Notes: a model not told the origin generated them from the sequence alone. Positions 12,692 through 27,018 are shown, counted from the first letter of the whole stretch. The stretch is 63,880 bases of DNA, filler included, from Reticulomyxa filosa (GCA_000512085.1; 22 parts of 22 records of this genome joined end to end with filler, not necessarily neighbours in it), one strand, 5' to 3'. Numbers and translations are program-made.

Positions 12692-12839
12692 NNNNNNNNN
12701 NNNNNNNNNNNNNNNNNNNNNNNNNNNNNNNNNNNTTAATTAATTAANNNNNNNNNNNNNNNNNNNNNNNNNNNNNNNNNNNNNNNNNNNNTTTTTTTTT
12801 TTTCCCTTGCAAAGCGTCATACTAAAAAAAAAAAAACTA

Positions 12840-13290
12840 GCTTAACTATACAAGTCATGAGACCCCAATTCTGTAACAATAAATCCACAATTTCCATCGT
12901 AGAAATAATCTTTCATCCTTTTTTTTTTTAAAAAAAAAAAAAATCAGATTAAAGACGTACCATTTTCATAAATATTTTTTTATTTATTTTATTTTTTGAT
13001 GAACTTGATAACCCCAGCAATATCTCTCAGTTTGGACAAAAATTCACATTCATTCCAGAATAATGATTTTTTGGCCTCATTTGCAAACTCCTAACATTTT
13101 TTGTATATGTCGCTTTGTTATTTGCACATGCAAAAAAAAAAATAAATAAATAAATAAACTGGTATGATTTTCATAGCACAATAATCGCTTTTCTTTCCTT
13201 CATCCGATTGCACAACGTATACTATTGACGACGGTCCCGTCACCAACAATTTTACGGGTTTATACGCTCCTATATATTCTTTTTTATTTG
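12840..13290 (-). CDS. Protein kinase N-lobe exons (gene runs off the contig); upstream exon(s) probably include 13427-13660
   Basis: Three short exons read IGAYKPVKLLVTGPSSIVYVVQSDEGKKSDYCAMKIIP / EFANEAKKSLFWNECEFLSKLRDIAGVIKF / MKDYFYDGNCGFIVTELGSHDLY, which are subdomains I-V. Not in the ORF track. Confidence 0.65.
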
Positions 13291-14022
13291 TAAATTTGTC
13301 TTTGGTTTTATTATTCCTTTTGGGATGTTTGTCTCTGCTCGCTCAATAATTTTATAGCATTACCTTGGTTTGGTTTATTTTTGGTTTGTGCAGCGACGTC
13401 AATCGGCTGCACGAACGCTCTACTGTTCATATTTCCTGCCTGAAAGTCCCATAGTATTTCTTTTTTTTTATATCGTCGTTGCATGCTCTCATAGCATCAG
13501 ATGAAATACCCTGGGCTGGTCCTGTCATTGTTGATACATTGAAAGAGTATAAAGCAAGTTCGTTGTCCGAGTCCTCTGGAACACTCTCTGATTCAAGTTG
13601 GCAGACATCTTCAGAATAACATCCGTCTTTGTTGGACATGAACATGGCAAACGGATGCAATATATGTATATTTAAGTAAAATGTAGTTAACGAGGAGCTC
13701 TAAAGCTGCTTACGTGTTTTTTTTTCCGAAGGAACTATGAAGAGCTGCTAATCCATTCCTAGGCGTTATTGTCTCAAATTTTGTAATGAGTTGATGAAAG
13801 TCGTAGTTTTAAAAGTATCTGCTTTGAGTTGTTATTATTGAGTGTTGCAACCAGTATTGTCTTACATAAATAGTAATCGGATTAAAATACATTCAATTAT
13901 AAAGCATTTTAAAATGCAATTTGCAAAAATACGTATTTCCAATAAATAAAACGCTTCGTGAAAACAACACTAAGAAATAGCCAGAACAAGTCACAAAAAA
14001 CTCTTAAAAGATCTACTTACAA

Positions 14023-14955
14023 ATGCTGACAAAGGAACTTTTGCAATCACGTCTTCATAGTATAAATTCACAACCTCCACCAAGAGAAGATGATAATTAT
14101 GTAGAAATGTCAACCCAAGAATCGACACATAACTTTACCATCTCCCAGGACTTGGAGGAATTTTTTCGGGTCAGTGGAAAAGTAGTACTATCGTACTTAG
14201 GAACAACAGATATATGTAATGTGTTGGAAACAGACCTATATCCAAACACCGAGATATTACTATCGAATGATTTACGTGAAAAAATGTTTAAAGAGAGACA
14301 GTATCTCATGTCACATTCACTATTTTGGTTAAAAGAAGAGATATGGACAACTCCAACCGAATTGGAGATAAACAACAAAGCATTGTTGGAGAAATTGAGT
14401 GCAAGAATAAATTGCGAGCCCTCTGAAGTACTCTATCGTCTCGGCTTAATACAGATGGCAGCAGATACTGTTATTGAACGAACTCGTTCGACAAATACGT
14501 GCCAAGACTATTTGAATGCACTCGAAGTTGTTTTTGATTTGTGCGTGCCTGACTACGTGCACCTTTTATATGAAAGAGTGAATGATGAAACTACAAATAT
14601 GATCAAGATTCATCTTCATGGGCCCTTTACTCATTTGAAATCTTTATTCGTCTCTTGCCAAAACAAACCTTGTGCACTTCTGATGAACGAACGTGCATCC
14701 AAAAGCTACTCTTCCATTGCAATGAAATGGGACAGCACATATTACCAACGTTTATATGATGTTTTGATCCCACCCATCATTCGCATCAAAAAATTTTTTT
14801 TTTTAGAAGGCATATTGGAACGCGTTTGGCAATCTGTTGACGGCCATCAAGGTCACACGTACCAAGATTTTTTTGTCATTTGTGGTATGATTTCTCACAA
14901 CAATCACGTCTTTATCAACAAACAGTTCGATTTAAAGCATTTTCGTAAAAGCTGA
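14023..14955 (+). CDS. Hypothetical protein, 310 aa
   Basis: Long ATG-initiated ORF in AT-rich context; no motif recognised. Confidence 0.7.
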   Translation: MLTKELLQSRLHSINSQPPPREDDNYVEMSTQESTHNFTISQDLEEFFRVSGKVVLSYLGTTDICNVLETDLYPNTEILLSNDLREKMFKERQYLMSHSLFWLKEEIWTTPTELEINNKALLEKLSARINCEPSEVLYRLGLIQMAADTVIERTRSTNTCQDYLNALEVVFDLCVPDYVHLLYERVNDETTNMIKIHLHGPFTHLKSLFVSCQNKPCALLMNERASKSYSSIAMKWDSTYYQRLYDVLIPPIIRIKKFFFLEGILERVWQSVDGHQGHTYQDFFVICGMISHNNHVFINKQFDLKHFRKS

Positions 14956-15154
14956 TTACTCTTTCTATTTTCTTTCCGTTTTATCTTTGTAATTTTTTCT
15001 GCACAAAAAAAAAGTTAAATTTCAATCTACAAAAAAATTTCGAATGATACCGGTGGAAGTGTTAAACAATTTTTAAAAAAGAGGAAATCAACGTCAAATA
15101 GTTTTTTATTTGATAATCTTAATGGTTTGTATCGTAGGAGAAAAAAATTGTTAA

Positions 15155-16330
15155 ATGTTTTTTCCAAATATTTTAAAAAATTGGTGGATCTTGCTAGCTG
15201 GAAGTGGAATAATCTTGTTGTGCTGTGCAAAATATTTGTACAAGCAGAACGAAAGAGAAGTAAAGGAAAAAGAAGAAGACGATGACACAGTCAATACACC
15301 TTTATTAGTTGTGCTATCCGATTCGAACCAGCATTTAAAGAAGAGACGTTCTCTGACAAAGACAGAAGATGAAAAAAGCCACATACATGGGAAAACGATC
15401 GTTTGGGAACTAAAGACAATTGTTGAAGTATTACCACCTGGAGAGACAATGTGGGCAAGAGGAGAGATTATTGGAATTATTGAAGAGGATACATATCGTG
15501 TTCGATATTTCCATGGAGCCACAGGTTTACCTTTTTTTTGTTGTTTAGTGTGAGTGCAAAAAAAAAAAAAAATGGAGTGAAAAAAAAAAGAAAAAGAAAT
15601 AGAGCAAACGTTTGACGTAAGCAACCTTCGCAAGCCTTCAGAGAGACTAACTTCACACAGCGTGGTAACAATGGAAGCAATCGAAAAGAGTGGCTATATG
15701 GACATACTATTAGACGGACGAAACGATCAGATCCAACTTGCACATAAATCAACTTCTGGACCAAGTGCCATTGCGTTGGTGAACACTTTATGTGATATCT
15801 TTTGTAATAATCCTTCTTATCGTTCTATATTACGGAGTGTGGAAGATAGCTCATTTTGGCTTGATTCGGGCATGTATTGTGCACGTGCGGTGAGCATTGA
15901 TATTATCGAGTTTTTATGTCCAAAGAAATATCGATGGAAAGTGCAATGCTTTCGGTGTCTTCCGAGCCAATCGGATCCTATTTGGATGTCTCGTAATATC
16001 GCTCATCATCATCTCATTCATACCTGTAGCATTACCAAAAATCGTCAAATAATAATGAATTGGATGCCTCAAAATCGAGGAATCTTTCGTTCTGTATCTG
16101 TGTTTTGTGATGAATGCAATAACGAAATACATGATTTCGATTATACTTTTCGTTGTTCGCCTTGTATTCATGACATTTGTTTGTGCTGCTTTAAGAAGAA
16201 ATTCGAAGCACACCGAAATATTACTAAACTTTTGTCTCAATGCTTGCGCAATACATTGAATGATGATTGTATTTTGGAAATTTCATATTTCCTGGAAGGC
16301 TATATTTTGCAATTCAGTGAATCGACATGA
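15155..16330 (+). CDS. Membrane-anchored protein with a Tudor/SH3-like segment and a ZZ-like zinc finger (probably two exons)
   Basis: N-terminal TM WWILLAGSGIILLCC; WARGEIIGIIEEDTYRVRY; poly-T/poly-A intron-like gap at about 15524-15600; CDECNNEIHDFDYTFRCSPCIHDICLCCF. Confidence 0.55.
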
Positions 16331-17099
16331 TATCTGTTTTTTTTTCAAGCAATTTTCTAATAATCCTTTGGCGGGCATTTTGTTTTCTTTTTCTGAACAT
16401 GGTTTTTCATTTGTTGTGCTAATCCCAATTCATTTTTGTGTTTGGAAGCATCGATGTAGCTGAATTCTAACAGTATAACTAAAAGAATAAAAGATTGTTT
16501 GAATATAAAAACTTGTTATTAATATCTTTTAAAGAACCAAACAATGAAATATTTAATCAAATGTACATTTTTGCCGATTTGAGTAAAACTGTGCAAAGAA
16601 TTTAAATGTATTTGATTTTTAAAATTTTCAGATGTGCATTAAATCAGCAAAAGAATTTAAAAAAAGTATTTGAAAATAAATGAAACAAAAAGAAAAGTGA
16701 GAAAATTTTTTACCTGCTTAACACTTTGATAAAATTGATGTTTTTTTTAACGATATGCTAAACGAACACTTACACAAAAACATGAGCATGATACTAACAG
16801 AAAGAAGAAAAAGAAATATCACCCAGACTGTTAAAGAAAAGCGGAATGAATACTATCAACAAAAGAAAGAGAAATAAATAAACTTTCAACACAAACTGTA
16901 CCAAAAAAAACAAATTAGACGTAAATGTCAAAGAAAATGACACAATTAAGAAAATTAGAATGACACAAAAAAAAAAAAAAAAAATCGCTCTGAAAGTGAA
17001 GAATGTTTATGTTTCGAATAGCATAAAAGATGAAACAAAAACAAAGACAATAAAAAAACAAAACACAAAAAAAAAAGAAAAAAAAAGTTTCACAGTGAA

Positions 17100-20000
17100 A
17101 CGATGTTAGGTTTGGTTTCATTAGGATCGTGTTCTGTTGTTTGGCCTGAGGTGTCGGTTGTATCAGGACGATTTGTATGTACTGTATCGGTTAAATCGTG
17201 TGACGTTAAATCCCGTGTCAAAGTGCTGGAATCACCTTGTGGATGCAATGATTCCTATAAAAGTCAAGATGTATACAATATAATGTTATATACATATGCA
17301 TGTATATAGCACAAATATTTTGTTTTGATTTGTTGAAAAAACCTTGGCTAGTGAAGGAGGTCCACGTGGAGGATGTCTCGCGCTCAATGTGAGTGGTGCT
17401 TGCAAAAGTGAATTGGTGCCAGTGATTGATTCACTGGGATCGTGTTCAGAAATTTCGAAGGAATTATCATGCATCTCGACGTGATCTGTAGCATCCCAAT
17501 AGACCGCATTGGCGTGGGGATTCGCATAGGTCGCTTCATGATGCCGAGGAGTACGCAAGTCGGGTATGGATGTCGAGGAGCCAATGGCAGGAAAGGATCC
17601 AAGCAAGGGTAGGAAAGGTTTGCGTGTGATTACCAAAGTTTGTGGAGGTTGAAGGAGCTCTTCTCTCGATTCACTCGCTTCTGTCCATTGTGATTCTGGA
17701 GAAAATTCCTTTTCGGTATGATCACGACGCTTGATGATTATCGGACTGCCGTGCAAAGCACCTGCTTCGTTTGCAATCACAGCTGTCGGATGAAACGCTG
17801 GTGGTACTGCCTGCACATTGCCTTGGCCAATGAAACCCGTCGTTGTCGGAATAGGTGGAGGCAGCACCAATGGCGACTGCACTAACGAGTCATTTGCAGT
17901 ACCTTCAAATGGAGACTCTAGACTTTCGTGATAATTGTTATTTTCCTTCAAAATCAAAGAACATATCATCAACAACCAAATAAACAAAACAAAGTGTGTT
18001 TTTTTATATTTTTTTTTTAAGTTTTTTGAACGTAACCGCAAGATCACTGGATATGTCACCTGTTTGTGACATTTGAGTATTTGTTGGCAAATTTGTATTT
18101 TGCTGTTGCTGTGGGATGCTTGGCAGCCACGAAGATGTCAGTGGTGTGAATAATGTATTGGTTAAATTTCTGGAATTGGTGTATCTGTTGCTTTCAAGCG
18201 ACGGTTCTTTAATTTGAATATTCCCAGGCTTTTGTTGGCTTGCTTTGTTTGTATTTGCATTTGCATTTACATTTTCTTGTGACTTGAGTCTGTCTGTAAT
18301 GACCTTGTGGTCGTCATCATCTTCATTCTCTTGACCACGTGTTATTTGTTCTTGCGAGTTCTTCTCTTCTTCGTCCTCCTCCTCCTCCTCCTCCTCGCAT
18401 GGGCTTGCATCGTCACTACCGTTTCGTTCAGGGTCACTTTGTTCGCACTGTTCAGTTTGACCATGACCACCCGGATTGGATGAATGAAAAGAGATGGAGA
18501 CATCATTGTGCGCATGACGACGATTGGATTGGATATCAAAGTGTCTATCGTCACGTCGCTGTTGCTCTAATCTTCCAGTGGAACGTGATCTGTGTTCTCG
18601 TCCTCCCCCTCGCTCGTCCTCCTTTGCGGTTAAAAAGTGCAAGTTTCCATCGTTCAATCCGTCTTTGTCGTCATGTTTCGTGCTTTTGTCTCTGCGACTG
18701 GGTCGAGTCGAAAAATGTCCCCTCGTTCTTATTTTGGAATAGCTAGACTGTCCATTGCTTTTGCTCCATCATCGTCGGATGCACAACGCCACCGCCGGCC
18801 AACGGACTCGGAAACATAGTCCCGCTCTTTGTGTTCGTTTCCATTCCATCCACAAAGTGGTGAGAGTACACCGCTTCTGGAGTCTTGCTGCGGGCCGCCT
18901 TACGGCTTGATGGATATGGACGCTTCATGCTGCTGTCTTCTTCATATATGTCTGTCAATTCCTCTGTCTGCATTTGGCCTTTTCTTGTTTTGTTTTGTAT
19001 TTTTTTTTTTTTCCCATCCCCCAATACGTATACGCATGCACATTGAAAAAGTAAATACATAACATATATTTGCATGTTTTGTTTGTCAATGACGCAACTT
19101 GTTAATTTGGAGTGATTTCATAGGCATTACGTATGGCTCTCCAAATGCTGGCTGTCTTTGCTTGTGTTCATCCGAATCATGCTTGCTTTTATTGTTGTTT
19201 TTATCTGTTCTCTTCTTGTTTGCTTTGTTTTTTTCCAAAGTCTCGTGTTTTTGCTGTTTGATTTTCTTCTTGCGATTGCGGATGTCTTCACTACTATCCG
19301 AAACAGACGCATTTGTAACTGCGTTATTTTTTTGTTTCGCGGACTTGGTCTCAGCTTCGATCTCGATCTCGGTTTTAACCTCGGTTTCGGTTTGAATCTC
19401 AGTTTCGGTTTTGCTTTGATCGCTATTGACCCTGCCACTTTCCTTGAGTTTTTTATGAAAGGGAAGGGTCGACTCTGTATTGCCTGTCACAACAGCAGGA
19501 ACAGACCGAAGAGCGACCATTGCATTGATCGCAATGTCGTTCTTCGGAGTTGTCTTATTCGGATCTCTGACATCGGTACGACTTGTAGCAGTCTGGTTGT
19601 TGTTTTTGCCATTCGTTATTGCCGTGGTCATCACTGCGTTGTCTCTGGATTCGTTTACTTTTACAATATCGTCATCATCATCATCATCATCATCATCATC
19701 GTCATCACTTTCACTATTGTTGCCATCAAACTCCTCCAAATTGCGTGGATTCAACGAGTCGTAAAATGGATCCTCTTGTGACTCCCTCGCTGATTTTTGT
19801 AACGCTTGCTTGGCAGTGTCGTGCTTAGCATTTGTGTTTGTGCAATGGACTGATTGCGTATCTTGCACGTGCGACAATACCACTTGCGAAGCGCTTACGA
19901 GTAGTGACGGTTGTGTTTGTTTGAGGGAAAATTCCAATGGCATTGAATTTTCTTGCAGCGAAAGAGAAGGTACAAGATCCAACTGTGGCCGTGACCCTCC

Positions 20001-20384
20001 TGCTTTTTGGGCGGTGTTCGCCTCCGCAAGAGCAATGGCCTGATTCGCTCCATTTGCTTCGATTGTCTTTCTCGATATGGAGTGGTTGATCTTGGTGTGC
20101 TTGTGTCTCTCTTTGGCGTTGCCCTTCTCGTGACCAGCAATAATTGTCGGGGGATCTTTTTCGTGGCTCCAATATTCCAGCGAATACCGAGCCATTCCAC
20201 TTTCTTCTCCACTTATCGAATGATTAAGTGGGATCGTTGTTCCATTGTATTTGTTCATGGTCGCTTCGTTTGTATGAGTCGTCATCGGAGCGTGAACAGA
20301 GCTTCTTAATGTGCTATCTTGTGCTCGGATGGCCACTGCGCGTCCAAGTCCATCATACAATACATCTGGTATTCTGTTTTGCAT
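17100..20384 (-). CDS. Large multi-exon low-complexity (disordered) protein, 5'-truncated
   Basis: Consecutive minus-strand ORFs 19086-20384, 18743-19075, 18004-18657 and 17286-18059 separated by A/T-tract introns; poly-D and poly-E runs. Confidence 0.65.
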
Positions 20385-20928
20385 CTAACAATCAAACGTG
20401 GAAGCAGAAATAAAAAAATGGCCATGACCTAACAAAGACATAATTTTTTTTTTTTTTTCCTCTCTCCAAACAAAACTGGGATAGCCACGGCCGGTAATGA
20501 GTAGACACTGTTGCTAAAGATAGTTATGTGTGCAAATGGGAGGAGCAAGCAAACAATCTCCGAAAGGGGGGGGGGGAAGGAAAAAANNNNNNNNNNNNNN
20601 NNNNNNNNNNNNNNNNNNNNNNNNNNNNNNTTAATTAATTAANNNNNNNNNNNNNNNNNNNNNNNNNNNNNNNNNNNNNNNNNNNNGGGGAAAAAAAATC
20701 AACCGTATATTTTTTTTGATTGGTTGTATAAATTGTGATTACCGATTTTTGGATGAAAACGAGTCAACAAAAAACTTTATCTTCGCGAACTGGTAGTCTG
20801 TGTAATGAAAATTAATTTAAAACCTTAATAAAGATCAAAACATAGACAATTAAGACCAGATTGTTTTCTTGACTGGGTTCCTTTTTTAAATAAATTTTGC
20901 AACAAGTAATCAATTTCATTAACTAAAA

Positions 20929-23238
20929 ATGCAGCAAAGAAAAATACTCAGTGCGATTAAAACCATGGTTGGTGTGTTCGATACCTTTGGGGCGTTGCCT
21001 GGGACATTTGATCACAGCCAATGCGTAGCCTACGAAAGCGAAATTCTTATTTGTGGGGGCGCAAATGAAAATAGCTGTTATTCGTTCCATACGGTGAAAA
21101 ACGAGTACAAGAGAATCTGTAGCTATCCAGACGAGATTAGATTGAATAAACATTGTGTTGTGAAAATAGCGGAAAATGCAGATGGTATCCGATTGTTATC
21201 TTTTGGGGGAGCAAATAAGCATACATTGTACATGGACTATGTGAGCATTTGGAGTGATGATCAAGATGAAAATGCAACCAAAAAAAAAAAGTAAAAAATC
21301 GCAATCAGTGGTTATATATTAACAGCTCTTACAATGTGATTGGAAAGAGTCGAAATAATCTCGAAAAAGTGCGTGGTGTGATTGGAGGAAGCAAGAATCA
21401 TTTGTTGTTCATTGCTTATAGCCCAGACAATATTGATGTGCTTGAATTGAATACACTCCAATGTCTGAAGCAAAAGACATTGCCTGTCGAAGACGTTAAT
21501 ACCATTGTGTCCCCTTGTCTCGTGTTAAAACGATGGGATGGACTCGAGGTGGCAAATGAAAAGAAGAGTGAAATGTTGTTATTTAGCGGGAAGACTGGAT
21601 TGTCAATCACTTATGACGAAGATACAAATGACTTTGCATTCGATAACGTACGGGTTTGCACGACGATTCGATCGATTATTCGATATGCCTATGTTTGTGT
21701 CAATGACAACATCTTGTTTTTTGGTGGACAAAATAGTGGAGACAAGGTTTCGAGAGCAGTGTATAAATATTCGATGAGTGCAAATACATGGATGCATTTT
21801 GAACATGTGTGCTCTCGTGTATTGTACGACAGCGTGGCTGTTGTGAGTGCCGACAATGTCGATATTCACATGTTTGGAAGATCTGTTGATTACAATTTTG
21901 ACACCACGCCGACAGAAGATAAAGATTGCAATTTTGACATCACAGAGCACATAATGACAAAAGTGCATGAGTGGATGAAACAGCCAACAGAATATGAAAA
22001 ACAATGGATCAAACACGAAGAAGAGATACAAGAGTTGGAAGAAATCAAGCAAAATTTCGACGAAATACAGCACGATTTTCCAAAGAAAAATTGAAAGTTG
22101 ATTTTTTTGTTATACTAACTTAAACACACAAAAAAAATTAAATTTTTTTTTTTGTGTGTGTTTTATTTGTGTCAAAGAAACAAATGCAAATCGAAACGAT
22201 CGTTGGACATTGGCTTCGATTGTCTTCACTTCAAGTGAGATGGATCGATGCCTTCGTTGTCATTATGCGATATCTTCTAGTATGTGTTAATTGCCTTGAC
22301 TGTGTATTGTTTTGTGTTTGTAATATATTCGATAACGGATGAACGAATAGCGGAAGTATTTCAAACGCTCAAAACGGTTTACTGGACATTCTGGTAGTGT
22401 AAATAATGTAAACATTTCGCCAAAAGGCTACGAGTTTGTTTCCGCTTCCAGTGACAATACTATTCGAATATGGGATATTGTGACGGGCAAAGAGAGACAG
22501 ATATTGACAGGGCATTCTGATTGGGTTTTAGATGCACAATTTTCACCAGATGGTAAAATGATTGTATCAGGTGCGGTAGATGCCACAGTTCGTGTTTGGG
22601 ATGCTTACTCTGGATCGGAGATAAATATACTCAAGGGACATGAAATGAGTGTAACAAGTGTTCAATTTTCACCAGATGGAAAAACTATTGTGTCAAGTTC
22701 GGGTGATCAAACAATTCGATTATGGGATGTACAATCTGGACAAGAAATTAAAACATTCAGAAGACATCAAAAATGGATAAATCATGTTCGATTTTCACCA
22801 GATGGCCGACTTCTTGCTTCTTCATCTGATGATAGAATCATTATGTTTTGGGACGTGCAATCAGGGGAATATTTGAAGAATCTGTCGATTTTTGATACTA
22901 CTATGAGGATACAATTTTTACCCGATGCTAATGCCATTGCTTTGTGCTCAAATAATAACATGATCCAGATCCGGAGTATGGCATCACTAAAGCCAATGCA
23001 ACGATTTGAACTGGGCTCACGACGAGCTGTTGATGTAAAATTTTTTTCAAATGGTCGAACCATGATCGCGGGTTTGAATGATGGGACAATCCGGCTGTGG
23101 GATTTATCCTCTGCAACGGAAGTCCAAAAGCTTGAAAGCAATTCCGAGTATATAACAGGGGTGGATATTTCATTAGATGAAAATACAATTGTGTCATCTT
23201 CTAATGATGGAACAATTCAGATGTGGGTATCGATGTAA
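20929..23238 (+). CDS. Kelch-like beta-propeller fused to a 7-repeat WD40 domain
   Basis: SQCVAYESEILICGG and NILFFGG (Kelch-like); frameshift in the poly-A at about 21290; GT-AG intron 22280-22350; then GH...FSPDG...SSS.D.TIR.WD repeats to 23238. Confidence 0.8.
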
Positions 23239-23706
23239 AATGTATAGAAAACAATGCCTTCACATTGTTATTTTGCCAGAGTAGTTTTGAGTTATAATCA
23301 TTTCAAAGCTTTCTTTGCTATGGCACTCCCACCTTTTTTTTTTTGTGAAAAATGAGAACTTCATATACAATTTTTCCAAAAAAAAATTATTTTGCACTTT
23401 TTTGATCCAAACAAATGTTACCTGAAATAACAACAAAGAAGCCACTAACTGATATTTGTGCAAAGTGAGTTCTGTAGGACCGTTGTTGCTGTTATTCCCC
23501 AACGTTCAAAAAAAAACTGTTTAAAAAAAAAGAAAATGCAAGCAATTGCGGACTTGATGAATCTCAATATTTGAAAACAATAAACCAAAAGAAATAACTA
23601 GCGATTTGAAGCTGTTCAAAAGGGTGAAGGTGTCAATTGGGTTGGTGAGGAGGTGGAAAGAAAGAAAAGAAGCGAAGAAAAAAGAGGAGCAAAAAAAAAA
23701 AAAAGG

Positions 23707-24831
23707 CATGACACCTCCAGCCCAACCACAAATGAGAGAAAGTCCAAAAATCGAAGTGAGAGAGACACGAGAGTCAAAAGAGGGGATAATGCAATTGTAT
23801 GATTTGCCAAAGAATAGCTTTGGATTAACTCAATGTGTGTCGCTGAACAACGAGATAGTGATTTGCGGAGGATTATTCAACAGCGAATGTTACTCTTACC
23901 ATGTCGAAAAGCGAGCCTACAAAAAAATCTGTGATTATCCAACAGAAATAAAAATATTTGGACACATTGTGTTGCAATGCAAAAACGCAAAGGAATATGG
24001 GGAAACGATGACGTTACTGTTGTCCATAAATGGCTATGGGATGCAAAAAAGTGTGTTGCCATGAAATATAAAAGTGTATGGAAAGAAAGTGATTCAAAGC
24101 AATGTCATTCAAATCACGTGAACGAATGGAAATTGATCAGTGGAAACTTTGATAACGTCATCGGCAAAAGTGCAAAACTCAATGGTGCACGTGCGTTGAT
24201 CGGTGGCAAACACAACAATTTGATATTTATCGCTGGATGTTATCCAAACAAAATTCATGTAATTGACGTAGCTACGTTCAAAAAAATTAAAGTAGTTAAT
24301 AATGACTTGCCACTGGTACATCAAAATTTATCGTACCATTGCTTCGTCTCGAAAACTTTGCATAACGAAGTGGTCACTAATGAGTTTCTGCTGATTGTTG
24401 AAGACTTGACGTTGTCGATTACGTATAATGAAGATGCACAGTCGTTTGCCTATGCATTTCTGCCCAATTGTCTCTCTTTGAAACACTGCAATTGCTTTGC
24501 GTATGTCCCTTGGCAAGACTTTGTCATTTTGCTTGGGGGATACCACATCATCGATAAAACCTATCAATCGCATATCCACATCTATCACTCGCAACAACAG
24601 AAATGGACTCAGTCACAACTTACCTTGCCCACCAATTTTGGTGGTGGCTGGGGCGTCTATAATCATTGCGATACTTCTATCCATCTGCTTGGAGGATGGG
24701 ATTCTAATGGCTTCACTCACAGTCATTACGCCATCAAACCAAGAGAATTAATCGGCGTTTTGCATAAAAAAAAAACAAAAAAACTGACTTTCTCCATTTC
24801 TCTTCTTTACTATGCGTATAAATATATATAG
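23707..24831 (+). CDS. Kelch-like repeat protein, paralog of the N-terminal half of the upstream gene (one frameshift near 24020)
   Basis: TQCVSLNNEIVICGG..CYSYH, ARALIGGKHNNLIFI, FVILLGG and SIHLLGG parallel the 20929-22094 protein. Confidence 0.75.
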
Positions 24832-27018
24832 ATTTATGTACATAACATACATATGCTCTCTTTTTTTTTATAACGAGTGCTGCTTTTGGTTGATTTGTTT
24901 ACTGAAAATGAAATTAAGNNNNNNNNNNNNNNNNNNNNNNNNNNNNNNNNNNNNNNNNNNNNTTAATTAATTAANNNNNNNNNNNNNNNNNNNNNNNNNN
25001 NNNNNNNNNNNNNNNNNNGTAGTGGTGAAATTTTTGAAGAAAGTTATTGGTTGGAAAGACAGTAGGGAATTGGTGACATTGGAAAACCCAAACTGTGCAG
25101 TGATTATTAATTATCAAAATCTGTCCACCCTCCTCTGTGGATTGGAATTGGAAAAAATTTGTAAGTTATTGGAAAAAATATATATATTATCATCATTAAC
25201 GATCGTCGTGAAAAATCGTCAAGATTATCTCGATCACTCCAAGTAACTTAGAACAAGTAGATATATCGATATATCTCAAAATCAAGAATCCTCAAGTCAA
25301 AGTCCGAAAATTTTTTTTTAAACTAGTAAAATTAATTTTTATATTGATTAAAAATTTTTATAGTGGTTCGATTTTTTAATATTGTTAGTATTGTATGGTT
25401 TTAACCTTTTTCACCATTTGGCAACGTTTTTGTTGCAATTCATTTTCGGTGGGCTATTGTCGTCAGTTCTGCATCTTGAGTGTTGTGCTTTAAAACATAC
25501 TACGTATATTGACTTCAGTTGCTTTAAGTGTACCGAGGTTTAAACTCATGTTAATTGCTTTACTGGCAACAGGCGGCTTATGTGAGAGGGTATCAATACT
25601 AGCTTAGCTTTAAGGATTTTTGGGAAATTGGCAATCTCGATGCAAATACAAGCTTTTGTTTTTGGCAGAACTCCGACTTCTACTGAACCTCGGGCAAAAC
25701 TGATAATAAGGCTTGTGAAGGAAGTGTACTGCAAGCCATGATTGGTTCAAGCATCCGATCTAATGTAAGACAGATATGTTAACTACACTTCAGAACATGT
25801 AGTGAATCATTTGCTGCTGGTATGCATGGTGGCATTGGAATTGGAATTAATCATGGGATTGATATTTCAAATTTCACAACGACGAAAAGAAAACTGATGA
25901 GATTACATTCGAGAACATGTGGAAAAAGAATATGAAAACTCGACAATTTCTTTGCTCCAACGTTCTAACGATAGTCATAACTCTAATTAAATCCAAAGAA
26001 CTTCGATCAACAACATCAGTTCCTTGGATTAAAGAATAAGAATTTGTTGTCCAGAAAAGTATTAGCACACACATTTTCTGGAAATTTTCGTACATTATTT
26101 GTTCATTTTGCAGTTGATATTAGCGAACAACAACTTATCCAATTTTCTAGCTTCAATGACGCAAAAAATGGACAAATCGAACAAAAAGAAANNNNNNNNN
26201 NNNNNNNNNNNNNNNNNNNNNNNNNNNNNNNNNNNTTAATTAATTAANNNNNNNNNNNNNNNNNNNNNNNNNNNNNNNNNNNNNNNNNNNNCCTGATGTT
26301 CCTAATGTTCCTGATGTTCCTGGCGTTGATTAAATATTTCACTTTAAACTCAATACGACTGTTGGATTTTTAAAAAAATTTATTCTTCTGACTGACTTTT
26401 TTTAATTTAAATTGGTATATATGCATTTACTCATTTTTATTTGTCATTCAAAAAATTCAAAGATTGATGACATACTGTAACGTAATGATTTATTAATCAT
26501 ATTAATAAATTGTTTGATATTCAGAGCATATATTTCTATTTAATGAGCTAATCATTATTAAGAATAAATCAAATTTTTTTATCTTTTTATCAAATAATGC
26601 GAATAGCTCGGCTATCTTATTCTAGCAAGTGAAACTTTTGTCATGCTTTTTGATTGAATACTTTTCAAGCTGTTGCATCTCAAAAAAGCGTGAAAGAGCT
26701 AACGTGTATTATATTTGAAGCGAGGTCGAAGCAATAGTTTGCTAGTATCGGTTTCTAGCTTAAAAACACTTGGTTAATCCAAAGAGATTGCTACTGGTTT
26801 GAGAAAATATTGTTGCAAGAGTTTTTCGTCATACAACAGTGACAATACCTGCTTCAACTCAAAAGACAAACAAACAAAACAAACAAAAATACACAATTCT
26901 TTTTTATTTTTACTTTTTTTTTTTGGAAGGAAAAAAATTGACAAAAAAGACTGTCACAATTGAAAAATGTTGCCGTTGTTATTTTTGAAGTATTTACAAA
27001 ATTCGGTTGGGCCAGAAG

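Noticed and set aside
19099-20413. Multiple plus-strand ORFs opposite the large minus-strand gene (likewise antisense ORFs over pilR, CDPK and the K+ channel)
   Set aside because: Shadow ORFs of GC-richer coding sequence, with no motifs
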